From Clostridia bacterium (lineage in GTDB: Bacteria; Bacillota; Clostridia; CAKSNL01; HGM11501): 64,000 nucleotides of DNA. The notes under the pieces are model-generated. The model worked only from the letters and a program-made list of their open reading frames with translations. It was not told the origin of the DNA and made no database searches. Positions within the stretch are counted from its first letter, which is position 1, and each line of letters opens with the position of its first letter. The DNA lies in contig JAZNEB010000003.1 of NCBI GenBank assembly GCA_045588365.1, forward strand, positions 17,004 to 81,003, written 5' to 3'. The position numbers and the translations under genes are program-made. Positions 8,231-18,834 of this stretch are shown here, piece after piece.

Positions 8231-10645
8231 GTGAAAATGTACGATTTTAAGAAAATAGACAAAAAATGGCAGGATTTCTGGGATAACAACGGTTCCTTCG
8301 TTGCGAAGACAGGCGAAGACAAGAAAAAGAGCTTTCTTTTGGTTGAATTCCCCTATCCTTCCGGTCAGGGACTTCATGTAGGACACCCCAGAAGCTATAC
8401 GGCGCTTGACTCTGTGGCAAGAAAAAGAAGACTTGACGGGGAAAATGTTCTTTTCGCCATCGGCTGGGATGCTTTCGGTCTTCCTGCAGAAAACTATGCA
8501 ATCAAAAACCACATTCACCCCAGTATAATTACAGCCCAGAATATTGCAAACTTCAAGCGTCAGCTTAAGTCCATCGGTTTTTCCTTTGACTGGACAAGAG
8601 AAATAAATACCACAGACCCCGAATATTATAAGTGGAGCCAGTGGATTTTCCTTAAAATGTTCGAAAAGGGTCTTGCATATAAAAAGGAAATGCCCATTAA
8701 CTGGTGCACAGGCTGTAAGTGCGGACTTGCCAACGAAGAAGTTGTAGGCGGCAAGTGCGAACGCTGCGGAGGAGAAGTTATCCAGAAACAGCAGAGCCAG
8801 TGGATGCTTAAAATTACAGAATATGCACAAAGACTTCTTGACGATTTGGACGAGCTGGATTACGCCGAGAGAATAAAGGCTCAGCAGATAAACTGGATTG
8901 GCCGTTCCGAGGGTGCAGAGGTGGACTTTGCCATTGACGGAACTGCCGACAGTTTAAGAGTTTATACCACCCGTCCCGATACACTCTACGGTGCGACTTA
9001 TATGGTTGTATCTCCCGAGCACCCTTATATAGAAAAGTATAAAGACAAAATCTCCAACATAGACGAGGTTTTAGCATATAAGGCTGAGTCTGCCAAGAAG
9101 TCAGAGTTTGAAAGAACAGAGCTTGCCAAGGACAAGACAGGCGTTGTGCTTTCAGGCCTTATGGCGGTAAATCCCGTAAACGGCAAGAAAATTCCCATCT
9201 GGACCAGCGACTACGTTTTAATGAGCTACGGAACAGGTGCAATTATGGCGGTTCCTGCTCATGACACAAGAGACTATGACTTTGCAAAGAAGTTCGGCAT
9301 AGAAATTATTCAGGTTATAGACGGAGACTGCGACATCGAAAAGGAAGCTTTTACCGATGTTGAAACAGGTACCATGATAAATTCGGGAATCTTGACAGGT
9401 CTTTCCTGCAGAGATGCCCAGAAGAAGATTATCGCATGGCTTGAAGAAAACAAATTAGGAGAAAAGAAGGTAAACTTCAAGCTCAGAGACTGGGTATTCT
9501 CCCGTCAGAGATATTGGGGCGAGCCTATTCCCATTGTTCACTGCGACGAGTGCGGATATGTTCCCGTTCCCTATGAAAATCTGCCTCTCACACTTCCCGA
9601 TATTGAGAAGTTTGAGCCCGGTCAGAACGGCGAATCTCCCCTTAACAACTGTGAGGAGTGGGTAAATACCACCTGTCCCAAGTGCGGAAAGGCAGCTAAG
9701 AGAGAAACCGATACCATGCCTCAGTGGGCAGGTTCATCCTGGTACTTCTTAAGATATACAGATCCCAAGAACAATGATGCCCTTGCATCTAAAGAGGCGC
9801 TGGATTACTGGATGCCCGTTGACTGGTACAACGGCGGAATGGAGCATACAACACTTCATTTGCTCTATTCAAGATTCTGGCATAAGTTCTTGTATGACAT
9901 CGGCGTTGTTCCCACCAAGGAGCCCTATGCAAAGAGAAGCTCCCACGGTATGATTTTAGGCGAAAACGGCGAGAAAATGTCAAAGTCCAGAGGAAACGTT
10001 GTAAACCCCGACGAAATGGTTGATACCTACGGTGCAGACGCTTTCAGAACCTATGAGCTGTTTATAGGTGCCTTCGACCAGGCAACACCCTGGTCCACTC
10101 AGGGACTTTCCGGTTGCCATAAGTTCTTGGACAGAGTATGGAACTTAAAGGAAATGGTTAAAGAGGGAGATAACTATTCTTCCGATATGGAAACCTCCAT
10201 GCACAAGACCATTAAAAAGGTTACCGAGGACATTGAAAAGATTAAATTCAATACGGCTATTGCTGCATTGATGGCACTTGTTAACGAATTTTACAAAAAG
10301 GGAAGTGTTACAAGAGCAGAATATAAGACACTCATAACACTTTTAAATCCCTTTGCTCCCCATATTACCGAAGAGCTTTGGGAAGAGCTTTCCTTCGGCG
10401 GAGTTCTTTCCGATACCACCTGGCCTAAATTTGATGAGGAAAAGACCGTTGACGATCAGGTTGAGCTTGCGGTGCAGATTCAGGGAAAAATAAAAGCCAA
10501 GATTATGGTGGCATCAGATGCATCAGAGGATACCGTGAAGGAAGTGGCACTTTCCGATGAAAAGGTTAAAGAGGCTCTTTCAGGAAAGACCATTATGAAA
10601 GTAATCGTTGTTCCCGGAAAGCTTGTAAATATCGTTGCTAAATAA
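8231..10645 (+). CDS. leuS: Leucine--tRNA ligase
   Basis: [13 protein letters not shown] (HIGH), KMSKS, editing domain [12 protein letters not shown]. Confidence 0.98.
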   Translation: MKMYDFKKIDKKWQDFWDNNGSFVAKTGEDKKKSFLLVEFPYPSGQGLHVGHPRSYTALDSVARKRRLDGENVLFAIGWDAFGLPAENYAIKNHIHPSIITAQNIANFKRQLKSIGFSFDWTREINTTDPEYYKWSQWIFLKMFEKGLAYKKEMPINWCTGCKCGLANEEVVGGKCERCGGEVIQKQQSQWMLKITEYAQRLLDDLDELDYAERIKAQQINWIGRSEGAEVDFAIDGTADSLRVYTTRPDTLYGATYMVVSPEHPYIEKYKDKISNIDEVLAYKAESAKKSEFERTELAKDKTGVVLSGLMAVNPVNGKKIPIWTSDYVLMSYGTGAIMAVPAHDTRDYDFAKKFGIEIIQVIDGDCDIEKEAFTDVETGTMINSGILTGLSCRDAQKKIIAWLEENKLGEKKVNFKLRDWVFSRQRYWGEPIPIVHCDECGYVPVPYENLPLTLPDIEKFEPGQNGESPLNNCEEWVNTTCPKCGKAAKRETDTMPQWAGSSWYFLRYTDPKNNDALASKEALDYWMPVDWYNGGMEHTTLHLLYSRFWHKFLYDIGVVPTKEPYAKRSSHGMILGENGEKMSKSRGNVVNPDEMVDTYGADAFRTYELFIGAFDQATPWSTQGLSGCHKFLDRVWNLKEMVKEGDNYSSDMETSMHKTIKKVTEDIEKIKFNTAIAALMALVNEFYKKGSVTRAEYKTLITLLNPFAPHITEELWEELSFGGVLSDTTWPKFDEEKTVDDQVELAVQIQGKIKAKIMVASDASEDTVKEVALSDEKVKEALSGKTIMKVIVVPGKLVNIVAK

Positions 10646-10674
10646 GATTTCTCTTTGGAGAAAGGTAGATTATA

Positions 10675-11946
10675 ATGAAAACAAACTATGACAGTCTCAT
10701 GAAGGTCAATCCGCTTCTTGCAAAAAATTGCATAGAGGCGGAGGCCTTGGTCAAGACTTTCCCGAAAAAAGCGGCAATTTTATATAAAAAGGCGTTAAAT
10801 ACCTTTCTTGCCGTAATATGTGGCGATAACGATATTGCCTTTGACCGCCCGGGTGATCTGACTCTTATAAATATGATAGGAAAGGCATATTCCTACGGTG
10901 TAATAAGCAGGTACGAAAAGGGAGTTTTAGACGACTTGCGCTACTCGGCATATCTGGCGGAAAACCATGGGGCTGAAGACAAAGAACCCGATACAAAGGA
11001 ACTGTTGGAAAAGATCATCGCTTTTTATGTTATGGTTATGCGTTATTATCATCTTGAAAGCGAGGAATATTCTGAAGACAACCTTCCTTTGGGAAAATGC
11101 CATATGATAAGCGTAAAGAAAAACTTTGAAATGGATACTGCCTATGATAAGGTCTATCTGGCAAGTGAGGAGGATGGAGGCTTTGCGCTGGTTGCTCAGT
11201 ATGTGCGCCACCGCTCTGAGCTTGCGGACGAGGTTTTTGAGTTTCTGGAGACAGAAGATTTAAATAAAATTTTCTCCTCCTGCAAAAAGGTATTGAAGCC
11301 TGAAATTATAAGTCATCAGGAGGGAAATAATATAATTTCCGTGAAAACCAGCGTCCCTGAGGGCTTTGTAAGTCTTTCCTTTGAAGATTTTTCAAATCTT
11401 TACACAGAGCAGAGAGTTAAATTCATAGTTAACTTAGCCGAGGTTTTGTATAAGCTTCATACCTCTGACAAGCCCCTTTCTCTGGGAGGCTTTGAAACGG
11501 AGGATATATGGGTTTCCTACAAGGGCTTAAAGTGTGTTATATCGGGACTTGAATCTAAAATCAAAAGCTGTGAAGCTACGGAAGAAAATATATTAAATGA
11601 CGTTAAGAGCTTTGCTTTGGTTTGTGCAACCCTTTGCCCTGAATATGAAAAAATTCCCGTTGCGGGACTTATGATAAAGCATGTCCTTATGGGAAGCGGA
11701 AAAGCACTGATGGATAAAATCTATCCGGTTTTAAAAAAGGAAGCCGCTCATTTGGGTATGGAAGGTGTAACGTTAAAAGAAGCACAGATAAAACCCCCGG
11801 TGGATATTTACGAAAATCTCAAAGAAGAGCTTTCGGAAATAGAGGGAAAGGATTACAGCATAGAAGATTTTAATGCAGAAGAAAAAGAAGAAGCAACTGA
11901 AGATTTTACAGAGATGTACAGTAAAGTTTTTAAGCAGATGCATTAG
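10675..11946 (+). CDS. Hypothetical protein; N-terminal DUF4145/HEPN-like region plus degenerate kinase-like region
   Basis: 423-aa ORF with SD; domain guess by eye only. Confidence 0.55.
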   Translation: MKTNYDSLMKVNPLLAKNCIEAEALVKTFPKKAAILYKKALNTFLAVICGDNDIAFDRPGDLTLINMIGKAYSYGVISRYEKGVLDDLRYSAYLAENHGAEDKEPDTKELLEKIIAFYVMVMRYYHLESEEYSEDNLPLGKCHMISVKKNFEMDTAYDKVYLASEEDGGFALVAQYVRHRSELADEVFEFLETEDLNKIFSSCKKVLKPEIISHQEGNNIISVKTSVPEGFVSLSFEDFSNLYTEQRVKFIVNLAEVLYKLHTSDKPLSLGGFETEDIWVSYKGLKCVISGLESKIKSCEATEENILNDVKSFALVCATLCPEYEKIPVAGLMIKHVLMGSGKALMDKIYPVLKKEAAHLGMEGVTLKEAQIKPPVDIYENLKEELSEIEGKDYSIEDFNAEEKEEATEDFTEMYSKVFKQMH

Positions 11947-11960
11947 TATCTGATTAAGGA

Positions 11961-12458
11961 GTGAGAAAAATGGAAAGACGGGATAAACACAACTATTATC
12001 TTGATATTGCTCAAACTGTTTTGGAAAGAGGAACCTGTCTTCGCAGAAATTACGGTTCTATCATCGTGAAAAATGACGAGATAATTTCAACGGGTTATAC
12101 AGGTGCTCCCAGAGGAAGACAAAACTGCCTTGATTTGGGCTATTGCCGCCGTGCAAAGCTCAATGTTCCCAGAGGTGAACGCTATGAAATGTGCAGAAGC
12201 GTACATTCGGAGGCAAATGCCATTATAAGTGCGCCAAGAAAGGACATGATTGGCGCAACACTTTACCTTGTGGGCAGGGATGCCGTAACGGGAGAGCTTG
12301 TGCCCGATGCCAGCAGCTGTGCAATGTGTAAAAGAATGATAATAAATGCAGGTATTGAGAAAGTAATTGTCAGAAATACCAATGATACATTTACTGAGGT
12401 TTTGGTTTCCCAGTGGATAGAAAATGACGATTCACTTGGAGATACTACAGGTTATTGA
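11961..12458 (+). CDS. dCMP deaminase family protein
   Basis: HSEANAI and CAMC zinc ligands; TCLRRNYG. Confidence 0.92.
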   Translation: MRKMERRDKHNYYLDIAQTVLERGTCLRRNYGSIIVKNDEIISTGYTGAPRGRQNCLDLGYCRRAKLNVPRGERYEMCRSVHSEANAIISAPRKDMIGATLYLVGRDAVTGELVPDASSCAMCKRMIINAGIEKVIVRNTNDTFTEVLVSQWIENDDSLGDTTGY

Positions 12459-13426
12459 GTATGATACATGAGGATATAAAAAAACGAATTAAATATCTCA
12501 TAAAAAACGATACGGTTTTTCACGCCAATATATTTGAGGGTCCCGAAGGTATAGGTAAAAAAACCCTTGCCCGATACTTTGCTCAGGCTATCCATTGCGA
12601 AAGTGATGATGCTCCCTGCGGCAAATGTCCATCCTGCATTAAGCATCATACTAAAAACCACCCCGACTATATGGAGGTGGTTCCTGAAAGCGGAAAAAAG
12701 ACCATCAGCGTGGGAAAGATAAGGGAAGCTTTTTCAGACCTTTATATAAAGCCTTTGATTTCGGAAAAGAAGATAATTTTTATTCCCGAGGCAGACCTTT
12801 GTGAGACGGCAGCTCAGAATGCAATGCTCAAAAGCTTTGAAGAGCCGCCTCCATACGGGATTATAATTCTGGCAGTCAAAAACCCCTCGGCTTTGCTTCC
12901 TACCATAAGGTCAAGGGCAACTTCATACTCATTAAATCCCGTACCTATAAGGGAAATTGAAGAATTTATAAAAAATACCTATCCCGAAAAAAGCGAAAAA
13001 GCTTCGTTTTTATCGGAATTTTCAGGGGGAATAATAGGAAAAGCCGTAGCACTTTCGGAGGATGAGGAATTTTCTTCTTTAAGAGAAGAAACCTTAAAGC
13101 TCCTTTCTTCCTTTGGTGAAAGCAGATTAAGTGCTTTCCGCCTTTCGGACTTTTTCAAGGAAAACCCCGATAAAGAGCCTTTGATTTTTGATATAGTTCT
13201 GTCTTTTTTCAGGGATATATCGGCATATTCCGAGGGTTCTTCTAAATTGATTAACGAGGATAAGAAGGAGCTTATCAGTAACCTTTCTTCAAAGATAAGT
13301 AAAAAAGGAGCCGCCCTGGCTCTTTACAGACTGGCGGAGTCTAAAAACGATAAATCAAAAAATGCAAACTACGATTTGTGGATAACAAATCTTCTGCTTG
13401 CATTGTGGGAGGATATTCATGGTTAG
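12455..13426 (+). CDS. holB: DNA polymerase III delta' subunit
   Basis: GPEGIGKK, C..CGKCPSC, NAMLKSFEEPP, LLPTIRSR. Confidence 0.93.
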   Translation: MSMIHEDIKKRIKYLIKNDTVFHANIFEGPEGIGKKTLARYFAQAIHCESDDAPCGKCPSCIKHHTKNHPDYMEVVPESGKKTISVGKIREAFSDLYIKPLISEKKIIFIPEADLCETAAQNAMLKSFEEPPPYGIIILAVKNPSALLPTIRSRATSYSLNPVPIREIEEFIKNTYPEKSEKASFLSEFSGGIIGKAVALSEDEEFSSLREETLKLLSSFGESRLSAFRLSDFFKENPDKEPLIFDIVLSFFRDISAYSEGSSKLINEDKKELISNLSSKISKKGAALALYRLAESKNDKSKNANYDLWITNLLLALWEDIHG

Positions 13427-14291
13427 AGTTGTTGGAGTAAGATTCAGACCTGCAGGAAAGATATATTTTTTTGATCCTGACGGAAATGAATGTAAAGAGG
13501 GCGAATACGTCATCGTTGATACTGCCCGTGGCGTGGAATATGGCACTGTGGCACAGAAAAACCACGAGGTTATGCCCTGTCAGGTGGTAGAGCCCCTGCG
13601 TAAGGTTTTAAGAAAAGCTAACGAAGAAGACGTAAAGAAAATCGAATCAAATCATAAAAGAGAAGAAGAGGCATATAAAATATGTGCAGAAAAAATCATT
13701 GAGCATCAGCTGGAGATGAATCTTGTGGATGTTCAGTGTGCCTTTGACGGAAGCAATATGCTCTTTTACTTCACCGCAGACGGAAGAGTTGACTTCCGTG
13801 AGCTGGTAAGGGAGCTGGCAGGTGTTTTCCGCACAAGAATTGAGCTTCGCCAGATTGGTGTCAGGGACGAGGCTAAAATGGTTGGCGGTGTAGGAATCTG
13901 CGGAAGAACCCTTTGCTGCCACGGATATCTGGATTCCTTTGTTCCCGTATCCATCAAAATGGCAAAGGAGCAGGGACTTTCATTAAATCCTACAAAAATA
14001 TCGGGAAGCTGTGGAAGACTTATGTGCTGCCTTAAATATGAGCAGGAGGCATATGAGGATTTAACTAAGGTTATGCCCAAGGTGGGAGCTTTGGTTGAAA
14101 TTCCCGGGGGACAGAAGGGAACTGTTGAAAAGATTGCCCTTTTAAGAAAGATAGTTACCGTAAAAATTGAAGGTAATGAATCTTCTGACTTAAAGGATTT
14201 TCATGCAGAGGAAATTAAAATTTTAAGAAACGGAAAAGCAAAGCCTATAGACGATAACATAAACGAGGCAGAGCTTAAGGGACTTGAATAA
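13419..14291 (+). CDS. ricT: PSP1-domain protein RicT (YaaT)
   Basis: RVDFRELV, IELRQIGVRDE, CGRTLCC, SGSCGRLMCCL. Confidence 0.93.
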   Translation: MVRVVGVRFRPAGKIYFFDPDGNECKEGEYVIVDTARGVEYGTVAQKNHEVMPCQVVEPLRKVLRKANEEDVKKIESNHKREEEAYKICAEKIIEHQLEMNLVDVQCAFDGSNMLFYFTADGRVDFRELVRELAGVFRTRIELRQIGVRDEAKMVGGVGICGRTLCCHGYLDSFVPVSIKMAKEQGLSLNPTKISGSCGRLMCCLKYEQEAYEDLTKVMPKVGALVEIPGGQKGTVEKIALLRKIVTVKIEGNESSDLKDFHAEEIKILRNGKAKPIDDNINEAELKGLE

Positions 14292-14329
14292 AAAAAAGCT
14301 TCGTAACTTTAAGTTACGAAGCTTTTTTT
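14291..14329. terminator. Bidirectional terminator
   Basis: A-run, AAGCTTCGTAAC-TTTAA-GTTACGAAGCTT, T-run between convergent genes. Confidence 0.85.
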
Positions 14330-15092
14330 AATTTTGTCTTAAATGCTCATACATCATAATGCCTGCGGAAACGGCGGCATTTAAGGATTCTGCCTTTCCG
14401 TTCATGGGAATTATGCATTTTTCATCTGAGTTTTCCAAAACGTAGGGAGAAACACCGTTTGCCTCATTGCCTATAACAATGACGCATTTTCCCTCTAAAT
14501 TGCAGGAATAAAGGTCTTTTGAATCTTCTTCTAAAGCTCCTGAGATTATCCTGTACCCATTTTCTTTAAGAATCGGGAAGACATCCTCCGTTACGGCATC
14601 CTTCATAATGGGAAGATTGAAAATTGAGCTCATGGTAGAACGGACAGTTTTTGAATTGAATAAATCAACAGTTTCTTTTGACAAAATAACTGCCGCATCA
14701 CCTCTGGCATCGGCGGTCCTTATAATTGTGCCTAAGTTACCCGGGTCCTGAATGCGGTCAAGGTAGATAATAAGAGCAGGTTCTCCTTTTAATATATTAA
14801 GAAGGGAAGGACTTTTTATTTTTGCCACCGCCAGCATATCCTGAGGAGACTCCGTATCCGTAATATCAGAAAAGGTTTTTGCATCCGTGGAGAAAACGGG
14901 AATATCTTGGGGAAATTCGGGCAGGACGCCGTCTCTTACAATTATATAAGAAATTTCAGCACCGTTTTCTATGGCGTCAGAAACGCTTCTTTTTCCTTCC
15001 ACTATAAATGAATTTTCCTTTTCACGGAAAGAGCGTTTGGAAAGCTTTTTGATATATTTAATTTTATCGTTAGTGGGTGATAAAAGTAACAT
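14328..15092 (-). CDS. TrmH/SpoU family RNA methyltransferase
   Basis: IQDPGNLGTIIRTA, IGNEANG, ESLNAAVSA. Confidence 0.94.
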   Translation of the reverse strand: MLLLSPTNDKIKYIKKLSKRSFREKENSFIVEGKRSVSDAIENGAEISYIIVRDGVLPEFPQDIPVFSTDAKTFSDITDTESPQDMLAVAKIKSPSLLNILKGEPALIIYLDRIQDPGNLGTIIRTADARGDAAVILSKETVDLFNSKTVRSTMSSIFNLPIMKDAVTEDVFPILKENGYRIISGALEEDSKDLYSCNLEGKCVIVIGNEANGVSPYVLENSDEKCIIPMNGKAESLNAAVSAGIMMYEHLRQN

Positions 15093-15105
15093 ATATGATT
15101 TCTCC

Positions 15106-15139
15106 TAAGTCTTGTGGGGACGGGCTCCCCTCGGCTTAA
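15106..15139 (+). repeat. 34-bp palindromic REP-like element, copy 2
   Basis: TAAGTCTTGTGGGGACGGGCTCCCCTCGGCTTAA. Confidence 0.75.
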
Positions 15140-15176
15140 ATAAAAAAGCGAAGGAAATCCTTCGCTTTTATTTCAC

Positions 15177-15533
15177 TTATGCAAGTGCGCTTTTTGCCTT
15201 TGCAACGAGCTCAGCGAAAGCTGCGGGATCGTTTATAGCAATTTCAGAAAGCATTTTTCTGTTAAGAGCGATGTCAGCCTTCTTAAGACCGTTCATAAAT
15301 CTTGAATAGTTGATATCGTTCATCTTGCAAGCTGCACTGATTCTGGTAATCCAGATTCTTCTGAAATCTCTCTTCTTATTCTTTCTTCCGATGTAAGCAT
15401 AATCAAGAGCCTTCATTACAGACTGCTTTGCAACTCTGTACTGCTTGGAACGTGCACCGATATATCCTTTAGCCAGCTTAAGTACTTTCTTATGTCTTTT
15501 CTTTGCGCTTAATGCGCCTTTTATTCTAGCCAT
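15177..15533 (-). CDS. rplT: 50S ribosomal protein L20
   Basis: MARIKG...[13 protein letters not shown]...[10 protein letters not shown]. Confidence 0.99.
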   Translation of the reverse strand: MARIKGALSAKKRHKKVLKLAKGYIGARSKQYRVAKQSVMKALDYAYIGRKNKKRDFRRIWITRISAACKMNDINYSRFMNGLKKADIALNRKMLSEIAINDPAAFAELVAKAKSALA

Positions 15534-15551
15534 CTTTTCTTCCTCCTGCTA

Positions 15552-15749
15552 TTATTTGTAGGGAATAAGGGTCTTCATTACCTTTGCATTGGGAATGCTT
15601 AAGTAACCGCCCTTTCTGAGTCTTCTTTTTCTCTTAGTGCTCTTCTTGTTCAATATATGGCTCTTGAAAGCCTTTCCGCGCTTGATTTTGCCGTTCTTGG
15701 TTAATCTTAAACGCTTTGCTGCGCCTCTGTGCGTTTTAATCTTGGGCAT
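15552..15749 (-). CDS. rpmI: 50S ribosomal protein L35
   Basis: [13 protein letters not shown]. Confidence 0.99.
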   Translation of the reverse strand: MPKIKTHRGAAKRLRLTKNGKIKRGKAFKSHILNKKSTKRKRRLRKGGYLSIPNAKVMKTLIPYK

Positions 15750-15808
15750 AGTAATAAACTCCTCTCAGTTAGATTTTTATCTAAAGCAACAAAATTCTGT
15801 CGCCTTAT

Positions 15809-16327
15809 TTACTTTTTTTCAATGGGGGATATAATCATAAACATGTTACGTCCCTCAAGCTTGGGCTTCTTTTCAACGTTGCCGCATTCAGAAAGTGTGT
15901 CTGCTACCCTCTCAAGAAGCTGCTGTCCCAATAAAGAATGATTAACTTCTCGTCCTCTGAAACGAATGGTAACCTTAAGCTTATCTCCGCCGTTTAAGAA
16001 CTTTTTAGCATGATTCATCTTGGTCTCAAAATCGTGGGTGTCAATAGAAGGAGTCATCTTGATTTCCTTTGTATCAACAATGTGCTGGTTTTTACGGTTT
16101 TCCTTTTCTTTCTTCATCTGCTCGAAACGATATTTGCCGTAATCCATGATTTTGCAAACGGGAGGTTCTGCACCGGGAGACATCAAAACCAAATCAAGCT
16201 CCTTTTCGTCTGCAAGAGCCTGCGCCTCGGCAAGGTCCAAAATGCCCAGCTGTTCTCCGTCGTTACCTATGAGTCTTACGCTTTTTGCCGTAATTTCTTC
16301 ATTGATCATCAATTCCTTGATACTGAT
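15809..16327 (-). CDS. infC: Translation initiation factor IF-3 (probable ATC start)
   Basis: INEEI, PPVCKIMDYGKY, FRGRE; GGAGGTG lies 6 nt before ATC at 16327. Confidence 0.96.
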   Translation of the reverse strand: MSIKELMINEEITAKSVRLIGNDGEQLGILDLAEAQALADEKELDLVLMSPGAEPPVCKIMDYGKYRFEQMKKEKENRKNQHIVDTKEIKMTPSIDTHDFETKMNHAKKFLNGGDKLKVTIRFRGREVNHSLLGQQLLERVADTLSECGNVEKKPKLEGRNMFMIISPIEKK

Positions 16328-16339
16328 AAAAAACACCTC

Positions 16340-16460
16340 CGAAAAAATAAAAATCTGCGGCAGAATCCCACCACAGAAAAATACACATGAAAAAAATCAT
16401 AAGTATTTACCGAATCTGCTATGGCAGCCGGTGAGAAGTGGAAGCTTCTGCTTGTTGTGC
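16340..16460 (-). promoter_or_regulatory. Ribosomal protein L20 leader
   Basis: AAGCAGAAGCTTCCACTTCTCACC...GTGGTGGGATTCTGCCGC upstream of infC-rpmI-rplT. Confidence 0.8.
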
Positions 16461-16652
16461 TCAAATAGTATACCACAAGAAAAAATGAATGTCAAGTGTT
16501 TTTTTAAATAAAATAATAGGGGAATTATTCTTCACTTTTTTTCAAAAAAACACTATGCAAAAGAAGATTTTTATGATAAAATGTTATAAAATGGCCTAGG
16601 AATTTAAATTTAAGGCTATTTTACTCAAATTGATAGAGGGGTGCATTTTTGT

Positions 16653-17342
16653 ATGAAGAAAATTTACGAAGGAAAAACAAAAGACGTTTACTCTTTGGAA
16701 AACGGCAATGTAATGCTTAAGTTCAAAGACGACTGCACAGGTAAAGACGGGGTTTTTGATCCCGGCGAAAATACAGTAGGTCTTACAATCGAGGGTATCG
16801 GCAAGGCAAATCTTGAAACCTCCATTCACTATTTTGAGCTTTTGAAAAAAGCAGGCATCAAGACACATTATGTAAGTGCCAATATAGATGAAGCAACAAT
16901 GGAAGTTCTTCCCGGCAAGGTTTTCGGCCACGGACTTGAGGTTATCTGCCGTCTTGTTGCAACAGGAAGCTTTATAAGAAGATACGGCGAATATATAGCT
17001 GACGGAACTCCTCTTCCCGGCGGATATGTTGAATGTACCTTCAAGAATGACGAAAAGGGCGATCCCTTAGTTACAAGTGAAGGTCTTGCTGCTCTTGGTG
17101 TAATGACAGAAGAGCAGTTTAAGAGCATGAAGGAGCAGACTCTTAAAATAACAAAAATCGTTGCAGACGATTTAAAGACCATGGGACTTGACCTTTGGGA
17201 CATAAAGTTCGAATTCGGATATAATAATAATGAAGTTATCTTAATCGACGAAATTGCATCAGGCAATATGAGAGTTTATAAGGATGGCAAGATTGTTGAT
17301 CCTGTTGAGCTCACAAAGATAATTTTATCAAGCATTAAATAA
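16653..17342 (+). CDS. purC: SAICAR synthase
   Basis: [24 protein letters not shown] motifs. Confidence 0.92.
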   Translation: MKKIYEGKTKDVYSLENGNVMLKFKDDCTGKDGVFDPGENTVGLTIEGIGKANLETSIHYFELLKKAGIKTHYVSANIDEATMEVLPGKVFGHGLEVICRLVATGSFIRRYGEYIADGTPLPGGYVECTFKNDEKGDPLVTSEGLAALGVMTEEQFKSMKEQTLKITKIVADDLKTMGLDLWDIKFEFGYNNNEVILIDEIASGNMRVYKDGKIVDPVELTKIILSSIK

Positions 17343-17357
17343 AATATAAAAAATAGG

Positions 17358-17486
17358 TTTGTTTTGGGGCGAGGTGGAATTCCTCACCGGCGGTAAAGAG
17401 GCATTTAAGCCTACGAGTCCGAGAGCGAAAGCTGATTTGGGTCAGATTCCCAAACCGACGGTAAAGTCCGGATAAAGGAACAAAAA
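17358..17486 (+). promoter_or_regulatory. FMN riboswitch aptamer
   Basis: GGGGCGAGGTGGAATTCCTCACCGGCGGT...CCGACGGTAAAGTCCGGAT; followed by terminator 17500-17532 and ribU. Confidence 0.9.
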
Positions 17487-17556
17487 GTTGCTTTTAAGTA
17501 TGCCCTTTTGCGTTTTGCAAAAGGGCATTTTCCATTCAGACCGGAAAGAGGTTTTT

Positions 17557-18111
17557 ATGAAAAAGACAAGATTTATAACAATTACGGCTATGCTTTCCGC
17601 CTTTGCCTTTGTGCTTCAGGTTCTTGGAAGCATTATGGGACTTAAGGTGGGAGGTTTTCTGGAAATTGAATTTTCCGACCTTCCTGCAATTATAGGAAGC
17701 CTGGCGGTGGGGCCCATCTGCGGGGTTTTTGTGGAGCTTATAAAAAATCTGCTCCATTGCCTTATCTCCTCCACAGGCTATGTGGGAGAACTTTCCAATT
17801 TTGTACTTAACGGAGTTTTTGTATTCGTTTTGGGTCTGGCTTACAGGGTAAACCGAACAAAAAGCAGTGCTGTTATGGGCTTTGTGGCAGCCACAGCAAC
17901 ATATACCCTTTTGGGAATATACAGCAATTTTTATGTAATGGTTCCTTTTTATTCCAATCTTTTCAATCTCAACTTAACAAAGGAAGCTATTTTTACTATG
18001 GTGCTTACGGTAATTACGCCCTTTAATATAGCAAAGGGAACTGTTCTTGCCATAATAACTCTTTTAATCTATAAAAAGCTTTCGCCGATAATCAAGGGAA
18101 CTGCGAGGTAA
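17557..18111 (+). CDS. ribU: ECF transporter S component, riboflavin (RibU-like)
   Basis: FLEIEFSDLPA...GP..G..VELIKNLL, GELSNF, PFNIAKG; downstream of FMN riboswitch. Confidence 0.85.
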   Translation: MKKTRFITITAMLSAFAFVLQVLGSIMGLKVGGFLEIEFSDLPAIIGSLAVGPICGVFVELIKNLLHCLISSTGYVGELSNFVLNGVFVFVLGLAYRVNRTKSSAVMGFVAATATYTLLGIYSNFYVMVPFYSNLFNLNLTKEAIFTMVLTVITPFNIAKGTVLAIITLLIYKKLSPIIKGTAR

Positions 18112-18137
18112 TTTGTCTGGGTGTTCACGGCATATGC

Positions 18138-18498
18138 CTTAAGGTTCAAATCCTTGCATTAACATAAAAAAGGAAGAACCCTTGGCGGGCGGTAAACACA
18201 CAAAAAGTTGTTAGCGTCAGCGAGACTTTTTGTGAAAAGGAGAAGCAAGGGAGCGGGCGGAAGAATTTTTTAGAATAAAAAATCGAAGCAAAGCTCACCT
18301 TTGCTTCGACGTGGTCGGGATGACAGGATAGCATATTGCTTTGCAATCTGCCCAGCTTGTCCACCCAAATGCTTTGCATTTCGGTACCGGACATCGCAGC
18401 TTTTTGCTAAAAACGATATTTAATCGTTTTTATACGCAAAAACCTTCTTAAGGTTCAAATCCTTGCATTAACATAAAAAAGAAAGAACCCTTGGCGGG
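18138..18498. repeat. tRNA-Pro-linked repeats: 52-bp direct repeat (18138-18189 / 18447-18498) and 18-bp copy of the tRNA 3' end (18312-18329)
   Basis: CTTAAGGTTCAAATCCTTGCATTAACATAAAAAAG(G/A)AAGAACCCTTGGCGGG twice; TGGTCGGGATGACAGGAT twice. Confidence 0.9.
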
Positions 18499-18511
18499 TT
18501 CTTCCTTTTTT

Positions 18512-18588
18512 TGGTCGGGATGACAGGATTTGAACCTGCGGCCCTCTGCTCCCAAAGCAGATGCGCTACCAAACTGCGCTACATCCCG
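18512..18588 (-). tRNA. tRNA-Pro(TGG)
   Basis: Reverse complement CGGGATGTAGCGCAGTTTGGTAGCGCATCTGCTTTGGGAGCAGA...GGTTCAAATCCTGTCATCCCGACCA. Confidence 0.97.
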
Positions 18589-18834
18589 TTATATTAAGTT
18601 TTATATCTATATGCCGCAGGTTCCCTTTGGCCCTCTCGGCTTAAACGGGGATTAAAACTTAAAAACCACTCATAATTATAAAAGAAATTTTGCCGATTGT
18701 CAAGGAAAATCCGTTTTTTAAAAGGATAAAAAATGGGATTTATTACAAATGATATTTAATTGTTTTGTTAAAAATTTAATCTTATAAAAACAAATGCTTC
18801 GGGCAAATTAAATTTGAACGGAGCGTGATTTTTT

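Noticed and set aside
8165-8830. Long antisense ORFs (for example 8165-8830, 49107-49784, 58232-58804, 60198-60665)
   Set aside because: Shadow frames of well-supported genes on the opposite strand.
18613-18623. Inverted 11-bp match to tRNA-Pro upstream of the tRNA
   Set aside because: Too short to separate from chance.
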